NCBI GenBank assembly: GCA_030167865.1
Contig: JALAGF010002141.1
Coordinates: forward strand, 1-64,000
Direction of reading: 5' to 3'
From: Craspedostauros australis
Lineage: Eukaryota
DNA length: 64,000 nucleotides
Made by a program: the position numbers and the translations under genes. Numbering within the stretch: the first letter of the stretch is position 1; the number at the start of each line of letters is the position of its first letter. Below the pieces are notes generated by a model. That model worked only from the letters and a program-made list of their open reading frames with translations, was not told where the DNA came from and did not search any database. This document shows, piece after piece, positions 49,122 through 60,091 of the stretch.

Positions 49122-51527
49122 CTATCTATTCCACCACAGTTCGGAGGCATCCAAATCCCGGATGTTGGTGATCTTCTTCATGTAAATCTTGCTTTTGCGT
49201 TTGGTATCGTAGACCGCCTGACGGCTGGGCGGCAACCTGCTTACATCGACCTCGTCAAATCCGCGTTCGATGAACCATTCCATCGTCTGCGTGCTGAGGA
49301 CGAAGACGTAGGAGGCCCCCTTCTGCAGACACAGACGTTCCAGGTAGCCAAGCATGGCATCGCCATGTCCTCGCGAGCGGTAGTTGCGATCCACGACGAG
49401 GCAAGCGATCTCAGCAAACCTGTTCTCGAACATCTTGAGCTGCCCGGACGCCACGACAAGGTCATCGCGCGTGTAGACGTGGTAAGAGGATACCGACTTT
49501 TCCAGGACGTCTTTTGGCCGATCCACCAGCGTGCCCATCTGGATGAGCGGCGTGATGAGCTCGTGGATGGCGCTGACGTCTTCAACCTTGGCCTGGCGGA
49601 TGCCGTCGTAGAGGTCGCGGGAGAGCATGGTGCCACTGCCATCTCGCGTGTAGAGCTCCTGCAGCAACGCCCCATGCCGCGGCGAGATGATGTGCGCACG
49701 TCGGACGCCCTGCTCGAGTGCATGCATGGCCCATCCGATCTTGATGAGTTTGTTGCGCTTGGCGCTTTCCCGAGGACAGCTCTTGCCCAAGGTGACGAGA
49801 CCGCGCTTGTGGACGTCGACGGTGCGGTGTTGAAGCAGGTTGTGGGCGTCCTTGACGCGCAGATGCTGGATCTGCTTGCCATGGACGTTGTGCCGCAGCT
49901 GCACGTCGCCTTCTGTGAAGAAGATGATCTTGCTGGCATCCATGGCACCTGCGACCGTCGCTGCCAAACTTTCCGAATTGACGTTGAAGACTTCGCCGCT
50001 GGGGCTGACGCCCAATGTTGTGAGCAGGACGATATCACGGGAGTTGTGGACCTGGCGGATCTTCTCGACCTCCACGCGACGCACGAATCCTGTGAATTTA
50101 TAATCGACGCCATCCAGGATGCCCATTGGCTGGGCTGTGTAGAAGTTGCCAGAAACCACATTTCCATCACTGCTGTAGCTGTGATCATTGGGGTTGCCGA
50201 ATGGATTCATTGTGTGTTGAGCATCCATGCGGCTGCCCATTCCACCCAGACCTTCATTCATGTATCCATTCTTGCTCGTTCTTCCAAAGTTCTGCTGTTG
50301 CTGTGACTGCTGTTGATAAGATCCATTTGGCGAGGACTGTGAATACTGCTGCTGCTGGTAGTTGCCATTGCCATTCGATGGATAGTCCGAATCGAACTGC
50401 ATGGTCTGCGTTGGCGTGCGCGAGTCGTTGGCACCCTGCATGCGCAAAGATCGCGCCAGCTGACGTTCGATCTCATAGCGGATATATCCTGCCACCTCCT
50501 TGACCACACGCAGCGCATCACGGTCCGTGACCGTCACGCCGTGATGCCGATCCTGCCCTGCGATACGTTGCTGCAGCTGGTAGCGGCATCCCGCGACGAT
50601 GACGATCTTGATGCCCAGCAACCACGACAGTGCGATGTCGTTCATGAGGTCCCGCAGGAAGTTGGTGTCCTGACCCTCCATGAGATCGCCCGGAATGTGG
50701 AAGACGACCAGGGTGTTGCGATGGTTGGCGATGTAGTTGGCGGAACCGCGGAACATGTTGACGAAGGTGGATTCTCTGATGCTGTTGGCATCCATGTCCT
50801 CTGGGAGTTCGCGACCGTTCGCTGCATCGAGATCCAGCTCGTCACAGTCGACGATATTGATGTCCTTTGGATTGATGGCGAGGAAGGATGTGTCTTCACG
50901 ATTGGAACCGTCTGCGTCTGCGTCAACATCAGCGGTTGCGGCTTGTGTTGCGACTGCTTCTTCCGCATCGGAAAGATCGTCAATGGCATTCGTTGAATTC
51001 CGAGACGATTGGATATTGGTCGTTTCCATTGTGGTATTGGTCAACGTGGACTGAGTCTGGCTTCCATGGTCTGATGCATCCTGCTGTTGCTGCCGTCGCT
51101 GATCCCGACGCTGATTGCGTGCCTGGTTGGCCTCGGCGTCATCCTGAATGGTCGAGAACTTGACAACATCCTTGGACCAACGGAATCTGGACATTGATCT
51201 CGTTTGGCATTGCGGCAACGCGGATTTTGGCACAGAAGCAGAGCCGATGTGGAGTGGGACTTGCCTCCAGGCAGCGAGTGACCGTGCTTGGTGCACCCTC
51301 TGCGGACCCCATGCCATGCAACCGAAGGAGGATGTCATCTTGGCGGACATGTGGAGCAGCATGGCCGTCTTGATCATCCTCGCCAGCCAGCGCGGAATGA
51401 CGGGATCCTGGCTTGCGCTTCGGCGTCTTCGTTCTTTGGTATTAGCAGGATTGGATCCGATGGGGTTGATGATGGGTGTGATCGCGGAGGTTGGCAGATG
51501 CGATGGCTGTTTGTTGATTTGATTGGG
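49122..51527 (-). CDS. argA: N-acetylglutamate synthase (AAK + GNAT domains)
   Basis: FRGSANYIANHRNTLVV, SGNFYTAQPMGILDGVDYKFTGFVR, GVRRAHII, ALLQELYTRDGSG, EIACLVV...YRSRGHG and WFIERGF motifs. Start is uncertain (51650, 51527 or about 51377); the N-terminal extension may be a targeting peptide. Confidence 0.92.
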   Translation of the reverse strand, partial: PNQINKQPSHLPTSAITPIINPIGSNPANTKERRRRSASQDPVIPRWLARMIKTAMLLHMSAKMTSSFGCMAWGPQRVHQARSLAAWRQVPLHIGSASVPKSALPQCQTRSMSRFRWSKDVVKFSTIQDDAEANQARNQRRDQRRQQQQDASDHGSQTQSTLTNTTMETTNIQSSRNSTNAIDDLSDAEEAVATQAATADVDADADGSNREDTSFLAINPKDINIVDCDELDLDAANGRELPEDMDANSIRESTFVNMFRGSANYIANHRNTLVVFHIPGDLMEGQDTNFLRDLMNDIALSWLLGIKIVIVAGCRYQLQQRIAGQDRHHGVTVTDRDALRVVKEVAGYIRYEIERQLARSLRMQGANDSRTPTQTMQFDSDYPSNGNGNYQQQQYSQSSPNGSYQQQSQQQQNFGRTSKNGYMNEGLGGMGSRMDAQHTMNPFGNPNDHSYSSDGNVVSGNFYTAQPMGILDGVDYKFTGFVRRVEVEKIRQVHNSRDIVLLTTLGVSPSGEVFNVNSESLAATVAGAMDASKIIFFTEGDVQLRHNVHGKQIQHLRVKDAHNLLQHRTVDVHKRGLVTLGKSCPRESAKRNKLIKIGWAMHALEQGVRRAHIISPRHGALLQELYTRDGSGTMLSRDLYDGIRQAKVEDVSAIHELITPLIQMGTLVDRPKDVLEKSVSSYHVYTRDDLVVASGQLKMFENRFAEIACLVVDRNYRSRGHGDAMLGYLERLCLQKGASYVFVLSTQTMEWFIERGFDEVDVSRLPPSRQAVYDTKRKSKIYMKKITNIRDLDASELWWNR

Positions 51528-51586
51528 CATCAGGAAGGTGCTGAATGGAGATCTCACCGCGATGTCGGATCCTTTTGGTGTGATGC

Positions 51587-51632
51587 TGGTGCGATGCTGG
51601 TGCGATGCTGGTGCGATGCTGTTGTGATGCTG
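51587..51632. repeat. 11-bp tandem repeat (tggtgcgatgc) x3 plus degenerate copies
   Basis: Visible near the 5' end of NAGS. Confidence 0.75.
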
Positions 51633-53081
51633 TTGTGCTGCGCAATCCAACTCTGAGAGGTGCGAGAAGGAAAGATTATGGCTGCTGCTTGTGAGAGTAT
51701 CGGTACGAGAAGACGCCAGAATGCAGTATGAGCTGGTGAGCGTGGAAGATGGAGTTGCAATTGCAACTGTGCGTTCAAAATGAAATGGGCGGAGTCGTCA
51801 ACCCGAACTGCAGTTCCGACGACTTGGTTCGTTTGTTGCCCTTCCAAGCTTGATTCCTTCTTGTCTTGGTGACTTGTTTTGTCTTGTGATCGGGTTCCCA
51901 ATGCTGTGGCCATCGGCAATTGCCTGAACTTTGTGTGGTGGTGGTGGGCGCTGGCAGACGTCATCGATGCGCCACTCGGATGACGAATATGTGCGTCATC
52001 GGTTATCGAACATATTGTCCGTTTATGGTTTTACGAACACAGTTGGTCTTCGCACCAACGACACGACCCGTCCGACCAACACGCAAGTTGTGTCACACAG
52101 CCAGCCAATTTTTTTCGACGCGCCGAACAGGCGGACCATTCACGATTTTGAAGTGGCGTCCCTCACTTTCGCGCCAGACAAACGAGTCAAGCGCGGCAAA
52201 AGCGTGCGGTGGATCGTCACGATTCCGAGCAGCGTCGACTGCGATGATGAATGAAGCGCACAACGGAACACGAGTGAAACCGAGCTGAGCTGGGCGTCAC
52301 TTCAGTCACCATTGGCAATACCCCGTACTATCGTATCATACATAGGAGTACAGCGCTCGGCGTACGGATAAGTGTACCTCCTCGACTATACTCAGCAGCA
52401 ACAGGAGGGTATCTGTGACGAGCCAACAATACTGGGAGAATAGAGAAGCGACAACAACGTTGAAGCAGCGCAACCACCAACTCGCCGCATCATCATTGTC
52501 ATCATCTTTCGCATTTGCAGGCCACCACTTTTGCGCTTTCGTGGAAGGAGAGAGATACCAGCACGGTGACTGGCATTCATTTGGCCTATCGCAAGTGCCA
52601 TACTACCCTACCAACAGGGGATCTTATCCATCTGTACCTGTTGCAGCGGCAGTTCGAACGAGAGAGAGAAGGAAAGAAAGATAGAGCGGGAGGATCGTCT
52701 CATCAATAGAAAGCAAGGAAAGGCAACGATCATCGGCCTATTATTATTATAGTTCTGAGGCAGTGAGGTACCCTGACGACCTCGTATCTGAGCGACCAAA
52801 GGTCTGACCGAATGATCCAAGGTAGAAAGAGAGATCTGGAAAGAGAGATTGAGTGTGCAACGAGAAAGGAGAAGCATTCCAGTGCAGATGGTGAGGAGGA
52901 GAAAAAGAAAAAGAAGTAGCAACAGCTGAGAACCACCTCCGCATCACGCTCGACAACTATCCACGGCAAGCCCCTGCTTCCATTCGAACATACTTGTGCA
53001 CTGAGTGAGACAGAATACCACAGGTATCCCTCGAAGGAAATTGCAACGCATCATCCTTCTCTGCCTCCACCAGCTAGGGTC

Positions 53082-56000
53082 ATGGACGGTGGCACAGGCA
53101 GCGAAGAGATGGATATTGGTATGAATAACGCAAATGCACAACCGAAAGCCGATGCGATGGACGTCGACAACACAAAGAATACTGGGGAAGCATCCTTGGG
53201 ACTGCCGGCATCGACATCGAGACTCACGGAACCTGCTGCCAAGCAACCGACGCAATTCCAAATGGGATTGCCGCCAAAGAACAACACAACAGAGCGCAAA
53301 CGCAAGTTGGGTGCATCGTCTGCTGATACAAACACTGAAATCTATAATACCGTGCCCAGCAAGGTTCACTCTGGCAGAAATTGCAATAAGCTTTCCACTT
53401 CTTCCCCATCTGATTTGGAAGAGGATGATCGGCATCACCAAAGGAGGCAACAACTCAATCAGCTCAATTTGCAAAATCTCGACAGCTCCCATCATCAGCA
53501 TCATCAGCAGCAGCAACAAAGCGCACTCAAGAAACCGTTCATGGCCCAAAAGAGCAATTTCAAACCAACCCAAGATGTAAGCCAGACAAAGCGACCCAAA
53601 GGCAATCCATTGGATAATGATCATACTGGCGACGGTGACGGTGATGGCAATAGTAGCGCTGATCATGGCGGTGTTGCTGCCAATGGCCGTGTCGGCGCTG
53701 GCAACTTTCGCAACAATCGGCTTCATGCTCCAAATCCACCAGCTTCTGCAATCACGCCATCCACTCCGTCCGAGCTCGCTCTGTCTTTCACTCCTCCGAC
53801 GCTTAATGGTGGCAACATGAGGCCGGGTGCGGGTGCGTCAGTCCATGCGCAGCGGCAACTTCATCCCACAACGAAAGGGCCACAATCGCAGCTGCATGCA
53901 CATCCGCACCCACACAGCCGGGCGGGGGCCAACCCTCTCGCCACGGAGGCACCATCAACGGAGAGCCAGGCGGAAGGCTGGAGGGTCAAGCTCTATAGAC
54001 TCAATGGGAATGGTTCGTGGGATGACTGCGGCACGGGGCGCATCCACTGCATGTACAAGCAATCGTCGTCCTCATCTTCGTCATTACCAACGACGAAGAA
54101 GGATAAAGATGCCATGTTCGAAAAAGACAAGGAAGATCTCAAGTACATGGGAGACGATGCGCCCATCTACAAGCAGCTGGGCGAACCGACTCTCTGTATG
54201 CAATCAGAATTCTTCCCTCCAACCACACCAGCCATGCCAACCGCAGCAGGTACGCAGTCACCATCATCCGATACCAATGCACCGCCGATACCCTCATCCA
54301 TATCATCACCGGCGGCACCATCCTTACCGTTAACAAGCACAATGGCACAACAGCGTAATTCAGCCAGCGGCGCAAGTTCTCAGGTCACCCTGGGACTTCC
54401 AACCGGTGCATCCACACCCGCACTGCCGGTAGCAACATCCGATCCAACCACATCATCCGATTCAGTGTCAACAACAACAGCGACCGCGACAACGACAACG
54501 ACGACAACCACGACTCCGCCAACACCAACAGGAACACAAACAGCTGATGCAGCAGCAACGCCAACGCCAACGTCAACAACTGAGGCGGACTCAAAGCAGA
54601 ACAGCACAACACGGATTTTGCTGCGAACGAGGATACTGCTGAGGGGGATGTATCAGCGACAAGGGGAAAACATCATCACGTGGCGTGAACCGTACATGAA
54701 CGAAGCCAATCCAGCCTCAAAGGGCGTGGATCTAGCCTTGTCCTTCCAGGAGGTTTCTGGCTGCATGAACATATGGAAGCAGATCAGGAGTGTCCAATTG
54801 AGGGCGGAAGAAATGAGCCGTGCGGATGGGGGCAATCCGCACGCACGACAGAATGGCGTTGGACCCAGCACTGGTAATCCTCCCAACAACAACAGCGACA
54901 CCAACAGCGGGGGCATGCGTGGCGGTATCGTGTTTGGCTCTGGTGCGGGAATCACAAGCGAAATGATAGATCATCGCCAGCATCACCATCAGCAGCAGCA
55001 GCAGCACCAGCCGCAACATCATCATCAGCAACGCAATCCTCCATTGAAGGGGCCTCGCCATGCTCGTGGCGTACCGATCGTCCACGGTGTGCCGAATGTC
55101 ATGAACGGCGCCCCCATCAACGACCATCAGAACAAGCAGGATGTGTGGATGAACATTGGGCCATCGCCGACCACCTCCTCGCCATCGCCACCCGTGCCAC
55201 CTCCTGGATCTGGAGCGCCAGGGACAGCCGGCGATGGTCCGCATCATCAGTTTCCGCCAAACCTCTCCCATCATCAGCAACCCCTTTCACACCAGCAATC
55301 ACTGTCACATCAACATCAACTGCAGCAACAGCACCCGCTGCATATGAATCACCAAAATCCGATGCTCAATCACCCGCATCAAGACGATTTCGAAACTGCG
55401 GTCGGTGGCCTCGTGGGAGGGTACCATGAAGGTCCCATGGAACAGGGTCCGCAATTGCCCAATCCACCATCGCTGGGGAATTTGGAGGAAATCGCCGACA
55501 GGATAGCCGCGGTGCAGGTGCGTTGGAAGCAACAGTACTATTCTCGATCTGGGTCCTGACTTTGTCTGTATGCAGCTGTGACTCGTTGGCATTGCGGTCC
55601 CGCGGCTGGCACTCGTATTGGCGCTGCCTTTGAAATTGGACTAGACATCGTGATGGTGGTACTTGTGCTTCATTTCATTTTCTTGCATCTCTCCGTCTTC
55701 TCGATGAATGAATGAAGGAATGAATGAATCAGCTCATTTCATGTCACCTTGCACAACCCTTGTGCTACGTAGCGGTAGTGACATGCTTCAACTGATTGGA
55801 ATATCTCCTCTCGCTCACTCATCCATCATCGTCATCATCATCTTCTCCTTTGACTGCTCTGCCTATCGCTATTGTCGCGATTCAAACGCACACTCTATAT
55901 TCCGCGGTATGCACTGTTGCGGTTTATCCTTTGCTGTCGTTTTTGTACCCATGCTCATGGAACGAACAGCACATGCAACAAAGGGAGTCGTTCTCCATGT

Positions 56001-58834
56001 ACATCTCGCAGAACGATTGCTCGTACCTGAAGTCGCTGCTCTCGCTCTTCCCATCTGCCGAAGCACGTGAGGATTACAAGTCGTTGGCAACTCTCGCAGC
56101 CTGCGTCAAGACCATACTGCTGCTCAATGATCCGTCCATCATCGATCTCATCGTTAATGACGAATTGATCTTCGAAGAGATCTGCGCCACCATGGAGTAC
56201 GATCCCGACTTGAGAGACAAGGCCAATCACCGTTGGTTCTTGCGGGAGCGCGTGAAGTTCCGCACGGTGGTGCTGATGAAGGATGAAGATTTGATAAGTG
56301 CCATACACAGGTCGTTCCGGGTGAACTTTCTGCGAGATACACTGTTGCGCCCAACGATGGACGAAAACAGTTTGTCGACGCTGTCTTCGTTGCAAACTTT
56401 CACCCATAGCGATGTCGTCAAGGGCGTCACGGTATCACATCAGCAGAACGGGGGTACTGGTTTCTTGCGCGGCAGTTACATTGAGCAGGTGATCAAGGTT
56501 CTGAAACACGAAGTCGACGTGGTGTGCAGGAAGGAATGGCGGGCGTTGGAAGGCCGGGAAACTCGGGCGGCAATCAAAAGGGCGATCGAACGCAGCGAGG
56601 ACGATATTCCTCTCGATACTTCCACGGTCGTGTCTTCGGGCACATACCTTCAGGCCAAGGAAAAGCTGAGCATATGGAAGCAGCATCTCGCACCTCAGGA
56701 TGGATCCTTGCATTCCCGCAAGGCCAGGCGCCGAGGCTGCTTGTCGTTCCTGCGTGAATTGTTCAGCATGGTGCGAACGTCGCTGCAGCAGACAGACAAG
56801 GAAGACTTTTTCCGCGCAATCGTCACGATGAACATCGACGTCACGATGGGGCCAGCGCAGCCAAATCAATGGAGTGATAAGCGGGGGAACGACAATGGCA
56901 CGATCGGCGGCAGCAACCACAGCGCAAGCAGGGACAGCAGGGGTGGGGGTATCGGCGTTGGCGTCGGTGCCCAAGCCAGGATTCCGACCAACTACGATCA
57001 AGATGATGAGGAGGTGCGCGATGAGAACGCGACCAGCCAGATTCGTTTGCTGTCGTTGCTCGCAACAGTGCTGTCCGACCCGAACATCGATGTCACCGAG
57101 AAGGGGGCTGCGCTCGAGATTATCGGCGGTATTGCCACGCATGATCCAAGCCTCGTGCGTGGTCATTGCAACGAGTACTTCCAGTCGTTGGAAACGCACG
57201 GATTGGGCATGAAGGGGAGACCAGCGCGACCGAGACCGAACTGGAACCGGCAGGTCATCTTCCATTGCCGCTCGGATGACCTCCTCGCGGCGTTGCTGTA
57301 TCTGCTGGCCATCGAAACCGATGCTGGCGTCCTCCTGCCAGTCTCCGAGATCCTTCGCACGGTGCTCGACACTGACATGATCGGCGATCACGGACCGTTC
57401 GGCGGTGGCTTCGCAGACGAGGCAGAGGGCATGCCCGCAGGATCCCATCAGTCGCCGTTGGATCATCATCACATGCACCCGCACACGGGGGGAACAACCA
57501 ACATGGATCAGAAGAAGTTCCTGAACATGTTCTACGATCACTACATCGAGTGGCTCGCCGCGCCGTTTCAGCATACCATTCTACGAACGGTGCGACGCGT
57601 TCCAAACCGCGCGCATGCCTCGCCGTCGAGCTCCAAGCTGTACCAGTCGGTGTTGGAGAGCTTCGACAAGGGGAGCATCGCGGAGGAGCCGCTTCTCCGG
57701 TCGATCCAGCCATGTGCCATCAGAAGTTCGTTCGGGGTGGACCTGCTGAGCTTCTGCGTTCGAGTGCATGTGTATCGAATGAAGACGTACCTGCTGCGGT
57801 CGGCGGTTCTATCAAACGTCCTCAAACTTCTGCGGCCGTCCGCTGATGACAAGAGCACGTCTGGCGATCGATGCCTCAAGCTGGCGTCGTTGCGCTTTCT
57901 GAGATCGGTGCTGTTCGTCAAGGACGACTCGTACCACCGTCACATCATCCAACAAAATCTTTTCGAGCCTGTGTTTCAGTCGTTCCGTGCAAACCCAATC
58001 GGCGACAACCTGGTGTCGTCCGCCATCGTGGAGATGTGCGACTTCATCCACAGCGAGAATGTGAAGGTGCTCATCGAGCATATCGTCACGAAGCACCTGT
58101 CGACGAGGGACGATGAGCAGCTGCAGCCGAGCCTCGAGGATGTGTCGAGTCCTTACGTCACGACGTTGACCGTGCTTCGCAAGGCATACGAGATGAACAA
58201 GCAGGGACTTGACGATGATGGTCCTGGCGGAGTCGGCCAGGGGTTCTTTGGTGACACCCATACTCAGTTGTCGAAGCCGCCAACAGGCCAAACATTGTTG
58301 GAGCTGGATGCGAAGGCCCGAGAGGATCAGGTGAGCATGTATCGTCGTCGATCGTTGGTTGTTGTCGTTGGGTGTGTGTATGTCGATTCCTTTCACCCCA
58401 TACGAGCATGGCATCATATTGGACCATCTACGATATCGTTCAGGACTTGCTTTGGTTTGCTTTGTTTTGTTTCGGTTGGTTTGCACGAGTACGAGTACAA
58501 GGACGAGGGCTGTTCCACATTGACTCATTTTTCTCATACGATGTTGCAACATGCACACTGAACACAACTCAACGTTTCCCACCTACAATTGTGCTCTGCA
58601 TAAAAAACGTTCTTCGTCAATCATCCGCAGCGCAAATTCCGAGAGATTGATCATGAGGAGTCTTACTTCGATTCAGACGATGATGACGGTCCGCCACCAT
58701 CGATCGAGCACCCACACACCCAAGGCGGCAGCCTGTCACGATCGCCGTCCTTCCTCTCCGGTTTTCATGCCCAAATGAGCATGGCTGGAACCAGCAGCAG
58801 CGACGACGACGATGATCTTGTCACCGCACCGTGA
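53082..58834 (+). CDS. PPP4R3: Protein phosphatase 4 regulatory subunit 3 (SMEK/Psy2), 3 exons (53082-55517, 55970-58330, 58631-58834)
   Basis: EVH1 motifs WRVKLYRLN..GSWDDCGTG, YQRQGENIITW and DLALSFQEVSGC..IW. SMK-1/ARM region EYDP...HR.FL, IHRSFRVNFLRD, LLSFCV and NLVSSAIVEM. Terminal exon EESYFDSDDDD. Both introns are phase 0. Confidence 0.92.
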
Positions 58835-60091
58835 CAACCACCGATGGGCCTTGACTCTTGAGCAAAGCACTCTTGCTACGGCCTGCAGACGACAAGTGGA
58901 TGGAGTATTCTACTCGGAAGACAACAAACCACCGCGAAAACACGCGCGTACAACAGTACGAGTACTCTACGCGTGTGAGTCGATTGAGGCGGAGGAGAGC
59001 TTGTCGCAAACTGTTGCAAACACATTGGCGTTGGCACCATTTCGCTCTCTCGAGAGCGTGCATCCTTTGCTGTCGTCACTTGGGGAGAAAGAGACGACCG
59101 AGCGCAGGCAATCGGGACATCAGACAAGCAGTCAAGCAAGGAGCCAACCGCCAATTTCATCAGGACCAACGCACAGCTACTCGCTCTCTCCAGAGGCTTG
59201 CCCTCGTGAAACGTCCAATCAACCGCCCTGCTCACCATGTATAAATATAACTGTGCGTCGATCCTTGCTCACCTTGGATCACTATACTGTATAATATTAT
59301 GGGTCGTACTACTATGAGTAGAGTGGTGTAGTTGTATTCGTACGCGTGAGCAGCTCGTACCACAACGTGTGGAGCGGCTGCGCCGGCGGTCATGTTTTGC
59401 GCTGTCCACGATTTTGTGACCGCAATCTCGGTTGCGCGAAGAACACGATTCAATCGTGTTTCTCATTTTATCTCAGTATGGCTTCTGTGCTCCGAAAACG
59501 AGTTTCGACTGAACCGAACAAGACTGTTCTGTATCGAATGAATCGGTTCAAATCGAAATGGCAAGAACATCCCTCCGCGCAGAACAAAGGCAGAATTTCC
59601 ACCCAACGACCAGAAAGAACAACAGAAACGAGAAAGTGATGCCGCCAACGCCAGATGTTCGCTTTGGTTTTGGTGTCAGAGAGAGAGGGCACAAGAGGGT
59701 TGATGTCTGTGTCTCCCTCCTCGATTTGGATTCTCACGCAGATCCTCACGCGAAAGATTCAACACATGTCACCACAGCATCACCACAGCATCACCAGAGC
59801 GCACTTGGAGAGATTGTGTTCCCAAATCATCGTTTTTGGCGCACGTCACATCTCCATTCAGTCATCGATCATAAACAGGACAGGCAGCAGCTCCAAACGA
59901 AGAGCCACGAACTGAACGCAAGCTGAGCATACAGCCATACTGGAGCGCATACCCAAGGATACAGACTCCGTAACCCTCAAGCGCAATACCAACCAATCTA
60001 CCAATCTGCTCGTAGTTATCACATAATACCACACAAGTAGGTCGTGCACATCCATCGTCCGTGCGAGGTATTGTGGCTGGAGAGCAGAACG

